From Giardia intestinalis (taxonomy: Eukaryota), in assembly GCA_000002435.2 (NCBI GenBank), contig CM018790.1: DNA of 64,000 bases; one strand, given 5' to 3'. Made by a program: the position numbers and the translations under genes. Shown one piece after another: positions 48,601 to 57,140 of this stretch. Position 1 is the stretch's first letter. The number at the start of each line of letters is the position of its first letter. The notes beneath the pieces were generated by a model. That model worked only from the letters and a program-made list of their open reading frames with translations, had not been told where the DNA came from and searched no databases.

Positions 48601-51326
48601 GAAAGAGACGCTTGCTGAGAAAGCTCTTGCTTGACTGTTTCTCTAAAGTCGTGCATACGTTCATACAGGCTTTGATCTCTTGACGTCCTGTCTGTATTAG
48701 AGGTCCGTCGTGCTGAGCTATCCTTCTGTCCGCTTCCTCTCCGCAATACGATTTTGTCACGCTGGCTTAAGTCATCACTGTACATGCTGGGCTCTCCAGC
48801 CAGTGATCCCAACAGATCCGCCGACTGTTCAAGGTGCTTTACCATGTCCATGCGAGGAATCACGAGCGATGTCTCCAAATCACTCCGTTGCAGCTGAGAA
48901 TTGATAAGACACGAGATGCTCTGCACATTGCTGGACTCTTCTGGTAGATCAACGACATCCTCCATGTCTTCCTTCTTGCCGGAGTACTCTAAACTGCCGT
49001 GTATGGGATATGCATCTAGTTGAGAACATTGCGGCGGAGTTGGATGCGCAAGCGTCTGGAGCCTCTCTTCTATGTCCTGGACATTTCTAACGTTCTGCTC
49101 TGCAGGCGCTATGGCCTCCGAAGATTCGTCAAGGAGCTGCTCTGCTGGTTGCTTCTGAAGATGCTGGTTAGTAGTGTATGGTACAGTAGCCTTGACAGTC
49201 ATCAACGGAGCAGAGTTTTCAGTAGAGAACGAGCTTTTATCTATGGCGAACCCGCTATAAACCTTCTTTAAGTCCACAATATGCTCTGAGATAGAGGTAG
49301 CTTTAATGTCTCTCTCACCCAGTTCCTTGTTCCTGCTGGCAATGGCACGCTGGTAAGAAGTAATGACTGATCCCTTAAATCCCTGGCGTTCGGGGACTAT
49401 AACCCTACGATCTAATCTGCTAACGGAATCAGTAACAGTGTCCAGTTGCTCGCTGTGGCAAATATCAGAAGCTGATCTAACCAGTTCCCTCACTGCACCC
49501 AGGTTATCAGTTTGAGGAGTGGGTACAGGACGCCCTGTTGAATGAGGCGTTCGCCAGATACGTCTTACTTCTATTGGGCCTTCGCTAATATCAAGAGTTG
49601 AATGACTAGCAGCGACATGCGTTGTCCGTGGCTGAAATGATGCGGGAAATTTCTTATCACTGTGCAATATTTGGCGAAAGTTGGACTCTTCAGAAACTGT
49701 AATTGCAGGTGCAGGTGCATTTCTCTGATCTTGGGATTGAACCTTAGAACGGGGTTTTTGATGAGGCTTAGACCTGGTAGCGCTTCGGGAAGCTGAAAGT
49801 TTTGTAAGGCTTGCGTTGAGGCTGCTTTCTATGGCAGATGATTGCGTACTGTGTTGAGAGCATATGGTTTCGAAGATTTCTTCGTCTAGTATAACCTCAC
49901 CGTGATCCTCTGCTGTGTCGTTTGCAAGAGTAGACATGGACACATTCTGACTCTGCTTATCAAGACGAGCTTCTGTTGAAACACGAGAAGGTGTCTTTTT
50001 CTTCCCAATAACTGCATAGATATTTCCCTCTGAGTCAATGCTTAATTCATCCGTTGTGGAGGTCAAGCGTTCTGACTTAGCATGGGAATAGCTGGAATCC
50101 CTGGAGCCTGTAGCAGAGCTGTATTTCTTCTCAAGAGCATCGTTATTACAGGGCACATAAGCGTGGTGTGTCACTGGCATCAAGGAAGGAGCAGTATGAG
50201 TCTTTGAATGGATTGAATTGCCGGTTGGATCATCGTCTGACTTGAGAGCAACCATATCCACATGCACAGTATCATGTTGCGATGGCTCCTGGTCTAGCAT
50301 AGTTTTGGATTCCGGTTTAACTATATTCTCGTCTTGCTGGATGGCTGAAGCGGCCACGGTATCAGTGAAGGGTTGAACACTTAAATTCATTGGTTGTTCG
50401 CAACTAATAGTGACAGGATGATGTCCTTGAGTAATGCTGTTATATGTATCGCCAAAGCAACACCTACTTTGTGTCCAGTTGGTTGTAAATTCATGAAGCC
50501 TGTCTTGAAGGTCTCGCACACTAGTGATACTTGTTCGACGCATGGATGCTGGCCTGGAAGTTGTTTTGCCGTGCTGGATGGGAAGGCTTGTGTTGTGTGG
50601 AGAAAGAAGCCCGCGGGTTGGTATGGAATGCGCAGAGGCAGGCCGCCTGCGCCTATATCTAGAAAGTACATCCTCAGTCATGCCGTGGGTTGCTGCCTCC
50701 AGGTCCATGCCCCTGTTGATGAAGTTAATGGACTCATTGAGCTCTTTCTGGGCCTTTTCATTGCTGAATAGACTGAAGTCGACCCTCATATTAGAGTCTA
50801 ACAAGTCGCGCTGGGCCTCTGGAAGAAGCTCATAGAAATTGTTGTTTCGCAACAGCTGCATGTCTCTAATAGTATACTTTCCCATGGTATTGTCAAGTCC
50901 GGTGCCAGCGCTTACTGGTCGCTTTCGCACCAAGTGCTCTAGCCTCCGGTACGTTTCACTTGACTTGTCGTTGACGCCGTCCTTGAGAAGGAGCTGCCCA
51001 TCCTTATCTATTAGAGATGCTCGTATGAACTTTAGGTCATCAACCATCGTCTCTGTGTCTAGAGTGTTTTGATCTGCATCCCCCATCTCCTTGTAGTCGT
51101 TTCTGGAAGAGCCTAGGGGCTTTGCTGATCCAGGCCGCTTGACTAATGTTCCTGGATGTGCGTTGCTGGAGCGGGATATCATTGCATTGCGTTGCAGGTT
51201 GACCTGGCTCAGCAGAGAACTATGCATAAACTGTGATGCTTCTGCTTCGGTCAAAAAGTCCCCTTGGTAGTACACGTGTATATTGCTCAACATGTTTGGA
51301 GAGGGGATAAGGTGCTGGGATCGCAT
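45633..51326 (-). CDS. Very large Ser-rich low-complexity protein (~1897 aa)
   Basis: Uninterrupted 5.7-kb ORF. The track start at 51353 is TTG; the first ATG is 51324-51326. Composition S/T/R/D-rich with no recognisable domain. Both the length and a start-codon context shared with the downstream gene argue that it is real. Confidence 0.55.
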   Translation of the reverse strand: MRSQHLIPSPNMLSNIHVYYQGDFLTEAEASQFMHSSLLSQVNLQRNAMISRSSNAHPGTLVKRPGSAKPLGSSRNDYKEMGDADQNTLDTETMVDDLKFIRASLIDKDGQLLLKDGVNDKSSETYRRLEHLVRKRPVSAGTGLDNTMGKYTIRDMQLLRNNNFYELLPEAQRDLLDSNMRVDFSLFSNEKAQKELNESINFINRGMDLEAATHGMTEDVLSRYRRRRPASAHSIPTRGLLSPHNTSLPIQHGKTTSRPASMRRTSITSVRDLQDRLHEFTTNWTQSRCCFGDTYNSITQGHHPVTISCEQPMNLSVQPFTDTVAASAIQQDENIVKPESKTMLDQEPSQHDTVHVDMVALKSDDDPTGNSIHSKTHTAPSLMPVTHHAYVPCNNDALEKKYSSATGSRDSSYSHAKSERLTSTTDELSIDSEGNIYAVIGKKKTPSRVSTEARLDKQSQNVSMSTLANDTAEDHGEVILDEEIFETICSQHSTQSSAIESSLNASLTKLSASRSATRSKPHQKPRSKVQSQDQRNAPAPAITVSEESNFRQILHSDKKFPASFQPRTTHVAASHSTLDISEGPIEVRRIWRTPHSTGRPVPTPQTDNLGAVRELVRSASDICHSEQLDTVTDSVSRLDRRVIVPERQGFKGSVITSYQRAIASRNKELGERDIKATSISEHIVDLKKVYSGFAIDKSSFSTENSAPLMTVKATVPYTTNQHLQKQPAEQLLDESSEAIAPAEQNVRNVQDIEERLQTLAHPTPPQCSQLDAYPIHGSLEYSGKKEDMEDVVDLPEESSNVQSISCLINSQLQRSDLETSLVIPRMDMVKHLEQSADLLGSLAGEPSMYSDDLSQRDKIVLRRGSGQKDSSARRTSNTDRTSRDQSLYERMHDFRETVKQELSQQASLSALAAKPRSSLNIPADFEDLPPQTFIDTAVIPLQKRLDEAIAAAMNKKPRLPADESDTLANYIEIDTDKTDDRAATPTMETLYSRQETPRPGDFSTMIEHAQCPKVHGSDDSSNLTDMAALKGVERVAVSRSDTQKPCVDISHPESPLYPLEPRQTVVHVIDLEHPELYEDVHSSINLATHANYHMLDSYRELELSTKPSEIKELAHIDKLLKEAKRLNTSLQASVNKDQLSELPVDYEAKMVLDDYELDANFPILEEGELGIDPTGEKDVILANYKKLTIDAAQKRSVHLDSYPTVPRKTCSMSGRSQEEKAIENNSREGKGSEVKWADTVLDDNEERYETASNECRQLDKAVSWNWRMFAGQGSSVASTEQGHKRTGSYTSALATSAVSQSTKSDSQQKKQKPYNKFERFTPRQFLSSTSISYTFRADQDNNSLGLSALNHSIVTDISASRQLCTNGTLPIQFEAVKDQFNHVASCTKSLLLTQDLDKSGTLDQLDVVQTPEKSSMKSSNIELYTSFSGTPSRADHLSVSRGKTALSESAHNLESKHSHGSMLSASAVQSTTSKMASRPTRIRSAAISKLVEQITSVNSTTAENLAKLGYSKARLESSRDNLLPRNTSRYNEKLEKASLLLEKPKQKASRVPSAVQSEPLSESISGFVEPQNSCSAISDVSEPQAIRAVGNPRGSTFISSGFGGTTNQQPRLLSSKATYEAQMVRIGSSARIRTRTLHPERPVALKTTNDASSSMRVTPVSTRKLSETLPGRPDSGTSRPGKLMKVADVRIGRQNQELLASSSHGDARPYYGGSALFRSVDDMVVAVPSPATRNMVISITRKASVNTPKQTTRDRYGRQSVTSSIVTSPAASKSLLSKRPRSAIASSARESISKITAVAADNEADDSGASLLLQKADLGLEPISIMAKPLAVQSPDRIIKDPYDVRGTLRDEAERFIPCRGFRVSSAGKLRLPSTIEKDIVVNIRPLTAKVGSMTRM

Positions 51327-51844
51327 CAAGGAGGAATTTCGATGATCTAGCAATTTTTGAGTGATGATTCACTTCGCCGTCGGCTGGCTCCAGCGCTATG
51401 CTACCGGGCCTCCACATGCAGGCCTGGCCCAGGAGTCACACGAATGAGCTCACTGCTGGCCATGTTCAGAGCCAGAAGAGCCGGTGCTTGACTTCGAGGC
51501 CATCATTTGTAGGGAGAGGATCTGCCCCTGCATGCTTTCTTCCACCCACCCTCAGCTGGTGTGGTGGCATACCATTTGCATATGCACAGGGTGCTTGCAG
51601 AAGAGAAGGCGTCAGAGAAAAATGGCCCGACTGCGTACTGGGCCTCTTTTGGTCTCTATTCACAAGGGATCACAGGCAGGAAGTATAGGTCAGTTGCTAC
51701 GCATCCACTCGCGTACGTTATAGCACGATTCCAGTCGCAGAGGAAGACCTGCAATATTCACACTAGCTTCACCGTAACGGTGCAGTGCATAGAATGTAGT
51801 TGGGAAACTTGTGTTATCCACACTTGTATTTGATTGCGGAGTCA

Positions 51845-52531
51845 ATGTTTGCAGGGCTTATCTTCGCAAGCCTCGTTCTGCAGTTGGCTGCGGCGACACG
51901 GCCAGCAGAAAGGAGCAGATCTGACACCCCGTGCACGGAGTCGGGGAACGACACGTGCCAGACGTGCAGCGGAAGCGGCAGCAATGAGATCTGCCTCACG
52001 TGTAAGAACAACGATCACTTCCTGACGACAAACAAGAAGGGCTGCAAAGCCGCCTGCGACGCGACGGGGGAGATAGAGACCCCGGGCGCTAACCCGAAGG
52101 CCTGCAAGTGCGACGACGCCAGCGGGTACCAGCTCCAGGGCGACGGGACGTGCGCCAAGGGGCAGGACACCCCGTGCACGGAGTCGGGGAACGACACGTG
52201 CCAGACGTGCAGCGGAAGCGGCAGCAATGAGATCTGCCTCACGTGTAAGAACAACGATCACTTCCTGACGACAAACAAGAAGGGCTGCAAAGCCGCCTGC
52301 GACGCGACGGGGGAGATAGAGACCCCGGGCGCTAACCCGAAGGCCTGCAAGTGCGACGACGCCAGCGGGTACCAGCTCCAGGGCGACGGGACGTGCGCAG
52401 TTTCTAACACAAACAAGAGTAGCGGCCTTTCTACCGGTGCCATCGCAGGCATCGCTGTGGCCGCTGTTATTGTCGTGGGGGGCCTCGTCGGATTCCTTTG
52501 CTGGTGGTTCCTCTGCCGCGGTAAGGCGTAG
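51845..52531 (+). CDS. VSP: Variant-specific surface protein (VSP)-like cysteine-rich protein with internal 81-aa tandem duplication
   Basis: Signal peptide MFAGLIFASLVLQLAAA. CXXC-rich ectodomain (TCQTCSGSGSNEICLTCKNNDHF, CKAACD, CKCDD), a C-terminal TM helix (IAGIAVAAVIVVGGLVGFLCWWFL) and the invariant pentapeptide CRGKA immediately before the stop. The track start is TTG, so ATG at 51845 is used. AGTAAAC lies 21 nt after the stop. Confidence 0.85.
   Translation: MFAGLIFASLVLQLAAATRPAERSRSDTPCTESGNDTCQTCSGSGSNEICLTCKNNDHFLTTNKKGCKAACDATGEIETPGANPKACKCDDASGYQLQGDGTCAKGQDTPCTESGNDTCQTCSGSGSNEICLTCKNNDHFLTTNKKGCKAACDATGEIETPGANPKACKCDDASGYQLQGDGTCAVSNTNKSSGLSTGAIAGIAVAAVIVVGGLVGFLCWWFLCRGKA
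51924..52398 (+). repeat. Perfect tandem duplication inside the VSP gene (2 copies, 243-bp period; 232 bp identical per copy)
   Basis: 51924-52155 and 52167-52398 are base-for-base identical (acaccccgtgcacggagtcggggaacgacacgtgccagacgtgcagcgg...gggcgacgggacgtgcgc). The period is a multiple of 3, so the 81-aa Cys-rich module is repeated in frame. Confidence 0.95.
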
Positions 52532-52551
52532 ACTCAGCTGTGTACTTAGGT

Positions 52552-52558
52552 AGTAAAC
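52552..52558 (+). promoter_or_regulatory. Putative polyadenylation signal AGTAAAC (Giardia AGTRAAY class) 21 nt after the VSP stop
   Basis: Matches the published Giardia poly(A) signal consensus. Position fits the very short 3' UTRs of this organism. Confidence 0.5.
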
Positions 52559-52826
52559 GCGTTCACGTGCTGCGTCGCGGACCCAGGAGCCCTTATCAGT
52601 ATTACCGTTTGCTCATTGGCGCTGTTGAGTTATTTTGGTCCGCCTCTATGTCAGATGTGGCCAAGAAAGAACAGATGCTCTTCGCCTCGTAAAGCAGTCA
52701 CCAATGCAATATGCATGATACAGTAGCAAGGACGGGCTTATATTCACAATAATACGTAGTAAGCAGTGGGCGGTATTACTTGCCAGCATTTTCTTTCGTT
52801 GAGTAAATCTTCGTTCAACTTCAAAA

Positions 52827-54530
52827 ATGGATCCCAGTTACTCCAGTTATTCCACTTATTCCAGCTACTCCAGCTACTCTAGCTATTCCTATAGCTTTGT
52901 AGATGATCAGGATGACTATCCAAATCCGGTGACTACAGCCACTCAGCCCTTTCATGTTGCATCGTCTCCTCAAGCGCATTACATTGCTCCAGCGCCTGAG
53001 AGTCCCAAGAGGGAAGACAAGAAGACATCCCCGCTTGCTGAGAAATTGTCGCCAAAACAGAAGAGGACTAGCCCTGGTAAGAGTGGATTTGAGTTCGATA
53101 CTAACTCTCTCAATTTCTTCTCAGCCCAAACGGCGGCGGCCGTTTCTGCGGCTGTTTCTGCAGCGATAAATCACCAGATCAACCAGAATATACTATTAGC
53201 ACCTTCAACATCGGCAGTAGCGCAGCCTCCCCCGATCTTGTCGCAACAGGCCTCTGTCGACACAGCCCCTGACACAGCTCACCAAGAACAATCATTACCA
53301 GATGCTGCTCAGCCGCCCACCACCGTCGATTCCGGGGAGAAGGCAGTGGACACATACACTATCTATTCCCCAAATCGCGCTAAGAATGCAACGTCAGAAG
53401 ACTTCGTACTTATTTCACCAGCGCAGTCGCGCCACGTCCTACGTCAGGCAGCTAAAGAGCAATCATCACCATCTGAAAACTCAATTGAGAAGACAAACCT
53501 CGCTTTGGCAGAGTTGAAAGATAAGTATATGTCGCTTTCCGCCGAATTCAGAGACTACAAGCTCAAGAAGGAGAGTGAAATTAAGGATCTGATGGCACAT
53601 GAAGCAGAGTTGCGGCAAGAGGCCCGTATTTATCAACGTGATCTACAAAAGTTAGAAAAGGATTATGCTTCAGTGATAGCAAAATTGGCCGACAAAGAAG
53701 ACAAGATTGTAGAGCTGAAGGGTGCCCTGAAGAAACTGGAGAGTACGCTCCAGCAAAAACCCCCTTTTGACATGGCTCCATCTAGAGAACAACCCACTCA
53801 GCAAGGATACAATAGAAAAGAAGTGTCTCAGCAGAAGGAAAACTATTCTCCCCCCGTGGCCCAATCCGCTGCAGTGCCTTACAAGCCAGTTGATAGCATA
53901 AGCAAAATTTTCGGTCCCACTTATGCTGAGAGTAACCCGGTAGATTCAGTCAAGCACAACCCGGCTGGTAAGGAGCCAGACCACACATTAGAACCAAAAG
54001 CATCTCATCATCCTCCAGATCCTCCCCTGGCTACTTCCAACGATGTTCCGATCATGTCCTTTGAGGAATTCCTGAGGCAACGAGCACGCAATGCTGCAAT
54101 AGAAGAGCTACAGCAGCGCGACACACAGGCCAAGAGGGCCATGGATGCCAAGATAGCTTCTCTGCAGGAACAGCTAGGATCTCTACTTACTGACGCGCAA
54201 CCCGATCATGCTACTGCACAACCTGAGGCGACATTTAGTGAAGGCGGAGAGAAGGCGTCTCACACCAAGACGACTTTCACGCTAGAGGATGTGGACAAGA
54301 CAGATCCTAATTACAAGCTGCTACAGACCATGGAGACAGACTACACAGCTATGTGTCAGCAGTTGATGCTTAATCGTGATGAGCTAGCTAATCTTGAAAA
54401 CCGCAGTGGAAAGCGCACACACAAAGAAATGATGCGCATGCGGTTTCTTGAGGCGCAGATAAGCAAACTGGATAGCGAGGCAAACCAGCTCCGCTCCAGG
54501 CTGCGAGCATTGGCCAAAGCTAAAAATTGA
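52827..54530 (+). CDS. Hypothetical protein with N-terminal (SY)n repeat and C-terminal coiled coil (567 aa)
   Basis: caaaaATG initiator. N-terminus MDPSYSSYSTYSSYSSYSSYSYSF is encoded by an imperfect agctactcc repeat. C-terminal heptads (KDLMAHEAELRQEARIYQRDLQKLEKDYASVIAKLADKEDKIVELKGALKKLE). Confidence 0.55.
   Translation: MDPSYSSYSTYSSYSSYSSYSYSFVDDQDDYPNPVTTATQPFHVASSPQAHYIAPAPESPKREDKKTSPLAEKLSPKQKRTSPGKSGFEFDTNSLNFFSAQTAAAVSAAVSAAINHQINQNILLAPSTSAVAQPPPILSQQASVDTAPDTAHQEQSLPDAAQPPTTVDSGEKAVDTYTIYSPNRAKNATSEDFVLISPAQSRHVLRQAAKEQSSPSENSIEKTNLALAELKDKYMSLSAEFRDYKLKKESEIKDLMAHEAELRQEARIYQRDLQKLEKDYASVIAKLADKEDKIVELKGALKKLESTLQQKPPFDMAPSREQPTQQGYNRKEVSQQKENYSPPVAQSAAVPYKPVDSISKIFGPTYAESNPVDSVKHNPAGKEPDHTLEPKASHHPPDPPLATSNDVPIMSFEEFLRQRARNAAIEELQQRDTQAKRAMDAKIASLQEQLGSLLTDAQPDHATAQPEATFSEGGEKASHTKTTFTLEDVDKTDPNYKLLQTMETDYTAMCQQLMLNRDELANLENRSGKRTHKEMMRMRFLEAQISKLDSEANQLRSRLRALAKAKN
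52839..52898 (+). repeat. Imperfect 9-nt (agctactcc) coding microsatellite giving the (SYS)n N-terminus
   Basis: gttactccagttattccacttattccagctactccagctactctagctattcctatagc. Confidence 0.7.
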
Positions 54531-54531
54531 G

Positions 54532-55851
54532 ATGAGCTCCCAGGATGGCGTTACCACCGACAATCAAAATACTCTGACACTATCAACTCATCACATCACT
54601 CACGCACATGATCATGCTGACATTGCCTTGACTCGATACCAATCGTTTGTCGATATGTTAGACCACCCGATGAACTATCAGTCCGTGAACCCCGGCTCCT
54701 ACTCGGGCTATCATCATCGACAGATGCAGTTTATGGCTGTGAAGATGATGCGGAGCCAACAGGAAAGAGAGCGAAACGTTCAACGGAAACTTGGAATAGG
54801 CATAGAGCTGCTCACTGACGTGGATTTGGCAGCTATTCAAGGTTTTCAGAAGGAAGCCAGAGAGGCGATGCTGGATTACAAGAGGCAGCTCGATTCTCGG
54901 CCCGCATTTACGTCCGAATATTTTCCAGAGGTACCGGCAGGATGGAGCGGCAACTCCAAGCAGCCAGATAGAGTTGTAGTCTCTGCAGATTGTGTAGAAA
55001 AGCGAGCAGATGCACAGTCATCCGTTGTGCTGACCAAAACTATCGAGGCTCGGCCCTTTCAGCGGCAAGACCCATCTTATCTGAACAGTGCGGAGCGAAA
55101 GCTTCTCGCAAAAAAGCAAGCAGAGCATAACGCAGCACAGGCGGCACAAGACGCGAACCAGTCTAAGAACAAGAAGCCTCCCCAGTCTGCTCCAAAAGAC
55201 ACTTTAAAGCAAGTGACCCTCTCCCCTGATGAACGAATCTCTGAGGAACCAGAGCCCCTTGTGCGAGACACTTCTGGCTTCACGCCCACGCCACAGTCTC
55301 TTATTGTGCAGAGAATGGATAATTTGCAACGATTGCGTAACGCAGTGAATATAGTTGTCATGCGGAACAGGGCACAAAGAGCTTTGCGCCAGATACAAAG
55401 TGCTTACGCAGAATTTCTGCCCATATATCTGCGCAATAATCAGCAACTTCGGGATAAATCGGCAATCTCTTCTACCTCTCAGCAGAGACGGCTTGTGGGG
55501 CTGACACTGGAAAAGAAATGCCCAGAAAATGTCGCACAAGCATACCACGAGCTTCTTTCATTAGTTGATAGACACAGCAATCAAGCTGAGGGCCAAAACG
55601 ACACAGAGCATCCTGTCTTGACCTTTAACACATGCTTAACGTTTCGCCCACCCCCAATGACAGTTCTGTCTTCAGTTTCGTTGGCGAACACTGACAAGTC
55701 TGATTTGCAAATGGGTCCTTCTATGAGTAGAAGTATTCCAGAACTACTTTTCTATCGTTTTAGTTCCACAAAAGGATGTAATGACAAGCTCCACGTAGAT
55801 GGAAAGGCAGTAAGAGAAGAACAGATCTCTATCATCCTCGACTTCATCTAA
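54532..55851 (+). CDS. Hypothetical protein (439 aa)
   Basis: ATG 1 nt after the upstream gene's TGA (gctaaaaatTGAgATGagc). The upstream gene's AT-rich 3' end doubles as the initiator. No recognisable domain. Confidence 0.5.
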   Translation: MSSQDGVTTDNQNTLTLSTHHITHAHDHADIALTRYQSFVDMLDHPMNYQSVNPGSYSGYHHRQMQFMAVKMMRSQQERERNVQRKLGIGIELLTDVDLAAIQGFQKEAREAMLDYKRQLDSRPAFTSEYFPEVPAGWSGNSKQPDRVVVSADCVEKRADAQSSVVLTKTIEARPFQRQDPSYLNSAERKLLAKKQAEHNAAQAAQDANQSKNKKPPQSAPKDTLKQVTLSPDERISEEPEPLVRDTSGFTPTPQSLIVQRMDNLQRLRNAVNIVVMRNRAQRALRQIQSAYAEFLPIYLRNNQQLRDKSAISSTSQQRRLVGLTLEKKCPENVAQAYHELLSLVDRHSNQAEGQNDTEHPVLTFNTCLTFRPPPMTVLSSVSLANTDKSDLQMGPSMSRSIPELLFYRFSSTKGCNDKLHVDGKAVREEQISIILDFI

Positions 55852-56014
55852 CACCTGTGGATCTTCGCGGGACACCCCTGCAGGCTCACAATCCGTGTCT
55901 CCAAGCGTTTACTCGGTTCAAGCAAGAAGAGGTTGTCCACCCACAGCGCAAGCCGCGGGATAGTGAACTATATTGTATCTCACTGAAGAGCCAGCGTCTA
56001 AGAGCAAGCAAGGA

Positions 56015-56959
56015 TCACAGCTTCTTTTCCGGCAGAGCAACCCCGCCAAGGATGGCCTTGTTCGACTCCTTTTTGTCATTAGATGGATCCTCCATTCCTA
56101 GCAATTTTGTCTTCTGCAGAGTTGGGTCGTCGGCAGGGGCCTTATCGTCACTATCGGAGTTTTCGGCAACATCGTCCATCGGGTTCTTCTCCTGCTGGAG
56201 CCCAGATGTCGCATTGCCCTTTGCATTTATTGTCTTGCCAAGGATGTCCGCAACATCCTTCACAGAGGAGAGCGCAAATGTATTTAGAGTAGACATCGGA
56301 GAGCAGAGGTAGGCCTCCCGAAGCGCTGCATCCTCGTACTTCGCAGTAATATAGTTCCTGTAGCGACTATAATGCTGTTGAGACACCACAAGGTCGTACT
56401 TCACGAGCTTTAGGAAGGAGTGTTCTGCCCTGGCCAGCACGTTCTGCGGTATGTTCACAACCCTTGCATAGTCCTTGAGAGAATAATGGAAGTCATCGTA
56501 CATCTTCTGCACTGTGATGAGGCACATGACGGTGACCAGCAGCCAGTTCTGCCGGGTAACAACTATGCCGCTCGCATCAACGATTCTGTCGAGATAGACC
56601 AGGGCGCCGACCAGAGCCTCGTTGCGCATGCGTGTCCTGTATGCAAAGTTGTGGACAAACTTCTTAATGCGTGCCTGCACAATGTCAAGAGTTGTCTGCG
56701 TAAACTCTGCCGTGTTCGCGGTCAGAGAAAGCTCCGGGTCCGGCATCATGAAGAAGGATATCATCTTTGGGCAGCGGTACTGTGGCTGGTTCGGGTGGAT
56801 CGATCTGAGATACTGCTCGTTCTGCTGGATAACGCGCGCAAAGATGACTGCGACTGCGTCGACTGTTTTGTTTGGATGGGGAGACGTCGGCGAGTCGAGG
56901 GGGAGCATGTAGTTGTTCTTATGGTTTGGGATGTCGAAGTTGAGCGCCGGAACAGCCAT
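56015..56959 (-). CDS. PHO80-like (P/U-type) cyclin
   Basis: The cyclin-box region (FAYRTRMRNEALVGALVYLDRIVDASGIVVTRQNWLLVTVMCLITVQKMYDDFHYSLKDYARVVNIPQNVLARAEHSFLKLVKYDLVV) follows the PHO80-family pattern (LDRI... NWHRLLLTAI.VA.K...D..Y.N..WA.V.GI...ELN.LE..FL..L.F.L). ATG at 56957-56959 with AT-rich sequence upstream. Confidence 0.6.
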   Translation of the reverse strand: MAVPALNFDIPNHKNNYMLPLDSPTSPHPNKTVDAVAVIFARVIQQNEQYLRSIHPNQPQYRCPKMISFFMMPDPELSLTANTAEFTQTTLDIVQARIKKFVHNFAYRTRMRNEALVGALVYLDRIVDASGIVVTRQNWLLVTVMCLITVQKMYDDFHYSLKDYARVVNIPQNVLARAEHSFLKLVKYDLVVSQQHYSRYRNYITAKYEDAALREAYLCSPMSTLNTFALSSVKDVADILGKTINAKGNATSGLQQEKNPMDDVAENSDSDDKAPADDPTLQKTKLLGMEDPSNDKKESNKAILGGVALPEKKL

Positions 56960-57140
56960 GGATGTCTCACGATACCTTGCTGGAGTAAATTTTATCTTTT
57001 AAGCTGGCAAATTTCTCTAAAGTTTATAAAGTTTCGGTGGGATCTTTTAAGATTTCATGTCTTATGACAATCTTTCATTTCATTATAACACATAAAAATC
57101 TCACTCGTCTTCAGTTACCTGCTTTTATCCCAGTGGCGCC

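Noticed and set aside
51353-51353. N-terminal extensions implied by the ORF-track 'M' at TTG/GTG/CTG codons (3431, 16779, 18222, 33019, 36708, 51353, 51800, 61318, 63953)
   Set aside because: Eukaryotic nuclear genes initiate at AUG. Downstream ATGs with AT-rich initiators give better models and reveal signal peptides.
51842-52452. Three minus-strand ORFs (139, 79 and 64 aa) with repeated sequence across the VSP gene
   Set aside because: These are antisense readings of the 243-bp tandem duplication. Their repetition mirrors the repeat. The sense strand gives a canonical VSP ending in CRGKA.
54528-54534. Stop-codon read-through fusing the 567-aa and 439-aa genes
   Set aside because: The two ORFs are in different frames (+1), so plain read-through cannot join them. 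Only a frameshift or sequence error could, which is kept as a low-interest finding.
55857-56312. 151-aa plus-strand ORF overlapping the 3' half of the cyclin gene
   Set aside because: Antisense to a well-supported PHO80-like cyclin. Pro/Ser-rich nonsense composition.
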